This document shows positions 56,699-64,000 of a stretch of 64,000 nucleotides of DNA, one piece after another. This DNA is from Nitrospirales bacterium (lineage in GTDB: Bacteria > Nitrospirota > Nitrospiria > Nitrospirales > UBA8639), in the NCBI GenBank assembly GCA_965203295.1, contig CBDBCZ010000017.1, forward strand, positions 64,001 to 128,000, in the 5' to 3' direction. Each line of letters starts with the position of its first letter. Within the stretch, counting starts at the first letter, position 1. The translations under genes and the position numbers were made by a program. The notes beneath the pieces were generated by a model that was not told the origin of the DNA, ran no database searches, and was given only the letters and a program-made list of their open reading frames with translations.

Positions 56699-59600
56699 TT
56701 AGCTATAGACAGTTTGTCTCTTCAGTGCATCTTGCAGCACTCCCATCTCGTAGTGGATGTCCCTTGCATACTCCTCCACTGCTCTGCAGCTGTCCAGTAC
56801 CTCAATGGATTGGGTGTAGGGGTCGTATTTCAGGCCAAAAGAGCGAGGAATACTCTTGGTAAACTCTCTGGAAATAAGGCAATATAATAGCAAATAGCTA
56901 GACCATACGTATGGTAAGCTCTCGGACTGGAAGTAAGGCAATATTATGAAAGTTAATCAACATTCAGTAGCTAGATCGTACGCGTGGTAAACTCTCTGGA
57001 AATAAGGGAATATTATGATAGCTGATCAACATTCAGTAGCTAGATCGTATGTGTGGTAAACTCTTTGGAAGTAAGGCAATATTATGAAAGTTGATCAACA
57101 TTCAGTAGCTAGATCGTACGCGTGGTAAACTCTCTGGAAATAAGGGAATATTATGATAGCTGATCAACATTCAGTAGCTAGATCGTATGTGTGGTAAACT
57201 CTTTGGAAGTAAGGCAATATTATGAAAGTTGATCAACATTCAGTAGCTAGATCGTACGTGTGGTAAACTCTCTGGAAATAAGGTAATATTATGATGGCTA
57301 ATCAACATTTCAGTAGCTAGATCGTATGTGTGGTAAACTCTCTGGAAATAAGGCAATATTACGATGGCTAATCAACATTCAGTAGCTAGATCGTACGTGT
57401 GGTAAACTCTCTGGAAATAAGGCAATATTATGATAGCTGATCAACATTCAGTAGCTAGATCGTATGTGTGGTAAACTCTCTGGAAATAAGGCAATATTAC
57501 GATAGCTAAACAACATTCAGTAGCTAGATCGTACGTGTGGTAAACTCTCTGGAAATAAGGCAATATTATGATAGCTGATCAACATTCAGTAGCTAGATCG
57601 TATGCATGGTAAACTCTCTGGAAATAAGGTAATATTACGATGGCTAATCAACATCAGTAGCTAGATCTATACGTACGTCTAGCTATTTCATAAAGCTAGC
57701 AAATTATGCTAAATTCATTATTAAAATAGTGAAACGTCCCTATTGGTAGTAGCTAATTAAGCTTCTTAGGGTAAAGCAATGCAAAACACTGTTCATAGGC
57801 TCACTAACTACTCAGCTTGTTTTCTTTTGGAAAAAACACACTAGCTAGTTCGAAAAAGCTGGGGTGTGGAGCCTAGAAATGAGGATAGCTATACTCAGCT
57901 ACTCTTACGTACATCATTCTATCCCTCATGTCAGTGAGACTCTGGGCTACAAACAAGACAGGCTGTAAGTCAACGTCAGGGTACGACTGAACCAGAGCCT
58001 GAGAGATGTCGAATTCTTTGTGCTCGACTTCATCTGAGAGACAGCGCTGTACATGACGGAAAAGACAGGGGGGCTGCAAGTAAAAAAATCCTGGGACAAC
58101 TGGGTATACGAGAACAGTATAGCAGTAGTAAACTGATATAGTCGACTACCTAACTTATTTACAGCTGTCTCATCGGAAGTATACAATGTAGGTACTATCA
58201 GGAGCGCATCGAGCCGGCGAAGCACATCGAGCCGGCTTCACCGGCTTGATGCGCTCCTGGTACTATCCACGTTGAACCGGGTTCTCTTTCTATCAACCTG
58301 TCTCCATATGGTTGTTTTAGTATGGCTTCAAATAAATAGATTTAGTCATATCAAGAAATATGTAACATATTTCTGTTTATCACACCAGTTAGCACCTTCT
58401 CCCCGGAGTACAGATATACAGCAGATATGGGACAAGACACAGTTTTTCTATAATAACTTGTTCATGTTATATATAATGCAATTTTATAGGTAGAAATCAT
58501 ATTCTACAGATAGTTAGCTTTAATTTGGTATCAATAACATGACACTGTTACCGTCTACTGGCCGGCCGATTATACATGATTATAGCTAACGCTTCAGTAC
58601 AGTGGTGAATGAGGGGTCAAAGGTCATTTATTTTCGAACCGCTCTGAATCTAATACTGCGCATATAATCGAAAATTATAGGTAAAATTGAAATAGTCTCA
58701 GGTAAGAGGATTTCAAAAATATTCGGTTTGTGTGAATTCAGTGTTCTGTCGCTGGGCCGATTTGTTTTGAAGCGGTAGCTGTTGAAGAATCAATGACGCT
58801 AAGGAAGTCCTGCCTGTCAAGCGTTTCATAAGCAGTTCTAAATTCTCACGACTACTGTCCTTTCCATTATGGTGTGCCTTCTGTTTTGCTTCACTGCTCA
58901 CGGTAGGCGAATGCATGCGCATCGGGAGTCTGATGCTGACTTTCTTTAGTAATACATACATACAAAGCATTTACAAAAAAGCAGGAAACCAAACAGACTT
59001 CAAAGAAAAGTGCGAAAACAACCACTTCACACATTGAACATTTATGACACATACTTCTTGATATGTTTAGTAAAATCTAAGGATGAACGAAATTTTAGTT
59101 TTAGGTTTAGTCAGCTAACTAAAAAGAAAAAAGGATTAGTAATTAAACACTTTTAGTATTAGTTAACCATAACTAAATGGGTTAATTCTGGTGAAAAAAA
59201 TATTAGTTTAGTCGTGGTTTATTCCCAGAAGCCAGTGCCCTTGAAGTTTTGGTTTTAGATAGTTAACTAAATCTGTTTTTACTCCAACTAAAACGTTTTT
59301 TAGTTGCTACTCCATAGACCTGTCAAATAATACATGTGCTGGTTGGAAATCAGCAACATACTTAGTTCAGAGATTATTTTTAATAATATATATCTAGCTA
59401 AAATTTGCTTATGATACTATACAATGTGAAGTTTTGAACAAAACAATGGGCGACTTACGACTAATTCACGATTGCTTGAGAGTAGACTTGCACCATAAAC
59501 TTTGGGTTTTCCATTCTCTTGACAAAGGCCAACTTCCACTGTGAACCAGTACAACTGTTTCAATATATCACACATGTGGAAGAACAAACGCACAATAAAA

Positions 59601-62600
59601 ATGGGTTCAAAAAGTAACAAACTGCACTAGCTACATGAAGCAACATTATTTTACAATCGAGGATTTATTGGAAAATCATCTTTTATAATTACTAAGTTAA
59701 ACTTACTGTAGCCAACTTGTCAATCCACTCATCAGACAAACCCAAGGAGGCAAGGCCAATTTGCTGTGCACGGTAAAAGTTGCAAACTGTGAGCTCAGCA
59801 GACCACATATTATTAAATATGTACAGACTTCCACACTTGAATATTAAGTTGAACAAACATGACATGACAGACCTTCTGTTACTGTGCTCACTTTCTTATT
59901 CCTTCACCTCAGCCATTACTCACATACTTTATTCCTAAATATTTATTATGTAGGTGTATATATAACAGTTCTCGGCAAGCTACATACGTATGCAAAACTT
60001 CAAGTCATCACAACATCTGAGTCACTGCATCTATGGGCCTATTGTCAGTACCAAAATCATAAGTCCAGCCTTATACCCAGGCATTCCAACAAAGATACCA
60101 GCCTCATGATTTTATAAGCTCACTGTATATAGGTACGTACAACAGTATTAAATTGGTCATGTGAGACGTATATAACAGTACGTAAAAAAGGAACTATCAC
60201 AGTGACAAGGGGTTTGCTGTCTGAGTTGCAGAGGGAGTTCAAGAATGAAAACACAGCCGTGATGTGTCTGTAATGGTGATATGTTTGCACATTCTCAGAC
60301 TAAACATAATCAGTATCCATGCATGTAATGTGTTTACAGATTGGAAGAGGGAGTGTAAGAATGAAAACACAGCCTGTAAGGGAAATGTGTTTGCACGTTC
60401 TCAGACTAAACATGCAGAAAACAATCTAATCAGTATCCATGCATGTAATGTGTTTACAGATTGGAAACTTAAACAAAAACTCTCTAGTCAATATTTGGTG
60501 TGTGCATATACTGTACTTACCTGGGAGAACTGTGCTAGTGTGGGATCACAAAACATTGGGACATGGCCCATCACCTCATGGCAAATGTCACTACGGGAAA
60601 ATAGTGCAAAGTACATATTAGCTGAGTACATAGCCATGTTCAGTAAGACATGTACAATTTTATTCGAAAATGAAAACACAGACTCTGCATGAGGCCAACA
60701 ACAAAAATACTGAGTCCAAAGAGTGTGTATTACATACGTAGTCCTGTTCAGTGAGACTATTTTATTCGAAAATGCAAACACAGACTCTATATACTATGGA
60801 ATGCCTCAAAGTGTCCAGAAAGTACATATTATGTCCATCGCTGTTTAATTAATTAACCCTTTACATACCATAAGAAACAGCAGAAAAGCCTGCACAAAGT
60901 ATTAACGCCTAGTATTAAACCCCCCATATAAATTCATATGGGCTTATGGGAGCTCATGACGCATATATGCGTCATTGGTTGGTAAAGAGTTAACTGAGAA
61001 AATTTTATTCAGAAATACAAAGAGTTAAAGTGTCTATCCCCTGATGATCAAAATTCCTCAGTGCCGAGGTCAGAGTTGAGAGTCCACCTATACTGCATGC
61101 AATGTCTATGGTTGTAATCGGTGTTGTTTTAATATGGGCTCACATAATATAGTTTAGTAAAAAATAGTAAAAGAACAAAACTTTAGTTTCAGTTCTAGTT
61201 GGCCAATTTAAATGAATGAACGGGTTAATAAAACACTTGTTAGTATTAGCTAACCATCAGCTAAATGGGCTGTAGCTTATTCCCAACCTTGAAGGTCTAG
61301 TTTTAGTTAGTTAACTAAATCTGTTTCTGCTCCTACGAAAACACTAATGAAACACTATTTTTGTTAACTAAAACAACTCTAACGAAGGGCTGACTCACGG
61401 CTCAGGGGTGAAGAAAGGGCTAGAAGAATGCCTGATATATTGAGACGTGGGAAACACACGAAAAGCCAAACACGCTAGAAAATCTCTAGGAGAAATCCAT
61501 CCCACCACTGGCCACAGCTGCCAGCCTGTGCGACTCCGCAAGTATCTTGAGATGTCCTCCAACTGGGGAATATTGTCCTCCCTGTAAAAATGCCAAACAT
61601 AATATTATGTTCACATTTAAACAATAGACTACTTCTGAATATAGTTACAGGATAAGCGGTGTTAATAATGGAATGAAAATATCCTCTGTGCTTGCAAAGG
61701 AGCACTGTGCATAGTCATAAACTTTGTGTGCAGAGGGGCATACACCCAGGTGCATGCATAGATGCAACATATATAATTATTGCTGTGTATACGCAATGCT
61801 CACTTGTAGTTGCATGCCTCAAAGACTTTGGGGAGTTGTTCCCTGTACTCTTTGCATGCTTTGGTTGGGTAGAGTGCTGTCTGGGCCCTGAAAACCACTC
61901 CCCTGCAAAAAAAAAACAATCAATCATTCGTAGACATGCTATCTGGAGCTTGAGTAACATGCTGAGATCCCGTTTGAATTTCTATGTACCCTTTAGATTC
62001 AGCCAAGCTAGATCTGAAACTGATATGGTGATTGGTAGAGGTGTGTAACAAAATTTGCTACACCATAGTTTATAGCTATGCCAGAGAAACAGAATTCAAA
62101 CTTCGGCTGAAAAAGAAATTAATTATTCTACAAACATAGCTAATCTCTTGTAATGAATAATCCCAGTATACCAGGTATTTTGGGCCAGCGTGAACTACTA
62201 ACCACGTTTTTATTTCGTCTTCGGTGTACTGCACTCTTGAAATGGGATTTCCACTGTAGTGATCGAAAGAGTAAAACATCGTTGATGTGGCGTACGTAGC
62301 TATGTGCATTATGTCTATATATATATACATCTCCACACATATAGGAACGGCCTTAATTCTTAGCAAAATCATAATATTGTTGAACCACTATTGCAGTGGA
62401 ACCTGTGATAATAGACTCACTTATACCAGGAGCGCATCGAGCCGACGAAGGCTCGATGCACTCCTGGTTATACAGTGCAGGTATCTACATTACTTAATTT
62501 ACAAAAGTCCATGTGGTCCCAAATAATAAGTTCCATGCATGCCTAGCGCTACTTGATTCACAAGTTGTGGTATAGAACACAGGGTGGAAGCCTGCATGGG

Positions 62601-62690
62601 AGAGATGATAGAGTATGCGTACTATTTATGGCTGTAGGCCAGATCTGCAATGAACTTCCTTCTCTCTTCGTACGCTTTGTCACCATAACC
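56699..62690 (-). CDS. Divergent aromatic amino acid hydroxylase, copy B (5' exons beyond the right edge). Exons: 62623-62690, 62203-62253, 61804-61902, 61399-61581, 60521-60590, 59707-59763, 59459-59554, 57913-58046, 56699-56867
   Basis: Exon lengths are identical to copy A (68, 51, 99, 183, 70, 57, 96, 134, 169 nt), with near-identical protein and introns. No stop or frameshift seen in the visible exons. Confidence 0.87.
56858..57668. repeat. 69-bp minisatellite, about 12 copies, starting at the last-exon acceptor of copy B (about 3 copies in copy A, 33962-34150)
   Basis: Unit GGTAAACTCTCTGGAAATAAGGCAATATTATGATAGCTGATCAACATTCAGTAGCTAGATCGTACGTGT. Confidence 0.9.
58308..59305. mobile_element. 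Nested insertion specific to copy B: AT-rich GGTTGTTTTAGT element carrying a TIR element (~58349-59063)
   Basis: Absent from the matching intron of copy A. Inner TIR TATCAAGAA.TATGT / ACATACTTCTTGATA. The outer family also occurs at ~22285, 36493, 53662 and 61120. Confidence 0.6.
60853..60993. mobile_element. TTAA-flanked piggyBac-like MITE (relatives ~19334-19470, 36258-36405, 63460-63605)
   Basis: TTAACCCTTT...AAAGAGTTAA ends and a shared core TATTAACGCCTA.TAT.AAA...ATATAAATTCA. Confidence 0.6.
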
Positions 62691-64000
62691 CTGTGAAAGG
62701 GATTATATCCATGTTAAAAATCAGATTCTGTCCTCAAACCGTACGCACAAAGCTAGTAAAATCTCATGCCTAGTTCCGTACGAATAGACCCTGGTACATA
62801 TATAGTTTGAACATGCTCAGGGATTTAGAGACTAGCTATATATATATGAAGGGTTGAGAGCCATAGTGGGCCAACGCAAAATCAAGCACTGAAAAGTGCA
62901 TAATTTGTACAAAATCAATTTAAAGTGCATGAGTGTATGAAAATTATGCTGAAAGTCTTAACATTTGAGTAACTAGCTAGCTCTTCACTGCAAAGAATAT
63001 GTTGACTATGTACTTAGTGGTTACCTGAATTGCAGATGACAGTGTATGTAGCAGTTAGACCTCGAAGTGGTGTTTTGAATACACGTCATACATTTTTGTG
63101 GGTCTTTCATCACTATATAATACATGTAACATGCGACTCAGTAACTGGAGAAGGTTCCAGGAACCTCAGGCTCCTGGAACCGCCTCCATTCGGAATGTTG
63201 AGTCCCATGTAGATAAAAGACTCACAATTTGTACATAATTTGTATGAAATGCCAAATATCTTAGGAGTAACAAATCACCACTTTGTGGTCTAACTCCTAC
63301 TTCCATAGCTACCCAGATCGGGTATCCACTCAGTAGTCAAAAACATATTTTTTTGCAGTGTATAAATTACATTTTTGTCTCAAGTTTGGGAGGTGGAAGT
63401 TCCTTTTATTAGTTTAGACCACTCTGGTTCTCAGCCCTTCATATAGCAGATACTACATTAATTTACCAACCCATGACACATATATGTGTCATGAGCTCCC
63501 ATAAGCCAATATGAATTTATATGGGAGTTTTAATACTAGGCGTTAATACTTTGTACAGGCTTTTCTGCTTCTTTAAGCTGTTTCTTATGGTTGGTAAAGG
63601 GTTTATGTAATAGTTGTACCATGGAGAAACATTAGTTGCCTGGCAACAATATACCCTGGGGTATATTGACAGTTCAAATGAGCCGCTAGGGTGTATGGCT
63701 GATATACCCCGGGCGGTGCCTTTCATGTTGAGGTGCATTATGGTACAAGAGTATGTTGTGTAATTTTGTTCATCAGTTAAACACTTTCATCCAGTTAGGT
63801 TCTAGAGTGTAGCTATAAGATCTGGGATTAAAACAAACGTAAATTTTGAATTTGTGACATTCTCAGGGAAAGCTGACTATTTGTAGCAGCCACACGATTA
63901 TATCATCTGAGGTTGATCGGCTGTCAAATTTAGTTAGGTATCCATAGGCAACTACAGGTACCGTAAACTACGTATTATCCACCCATCCCCCTTTTTGAGT

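Larger units (their letters stand above)
56420..63960. repeat. Segmental duplication of ~33550-38460 (3' flank, exons and introns of hydroxylase copy A)
   Basis: Long colinear near-identity including introns and 3' flank, interrupted by copy-specific insertions. Confidence 0.9.

Overview
Intron-rich animal DNA. A demosponge origin is plausible from gene style and repeat content, but I cannot confirm the species. Genes reconstructed exon by exon: the 3' part of CEP290 (+, 31 exons), with an intronless class-A-like GPCR nested antisense in one intron; a complete canonical phenylalanine hydroxylase (PAH, -); a complete divergent aromatic amino acid hydroxylase (AAAH copy A, -, 442 aa); an intronless carbonyl reductase (-); an intronless NNMT/PNMT/INMT-family N-methyltransferase (-); a HINT2-like HIT hydrolase (+); and a recent duplicate of the divergent hydroxylase (copy B, -, runs off the right edge). 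The main result is that both divergent hydroxylases keep the His-His-Glu iron triad but carry Asp at the position equal to tyrosine hydroxylase Asp425, where the neighbouring PAH has Val. Together with the adjacent reductase and N-methyltransferase, this is a candidate aromatic-amine (Phe->Tyr->DOPA-type) metabolic gene cluster. Splicing architecture is also unusual: four inferred GC-AG introns, (GT)n tracts at donors and (CA)n tracts at acceptors, and repeated duplication of splice junctions. Introns hold many MITEs, Helentron-like elements, long hairpins, minisatellites and a tRNA-Thr-derived SINE.
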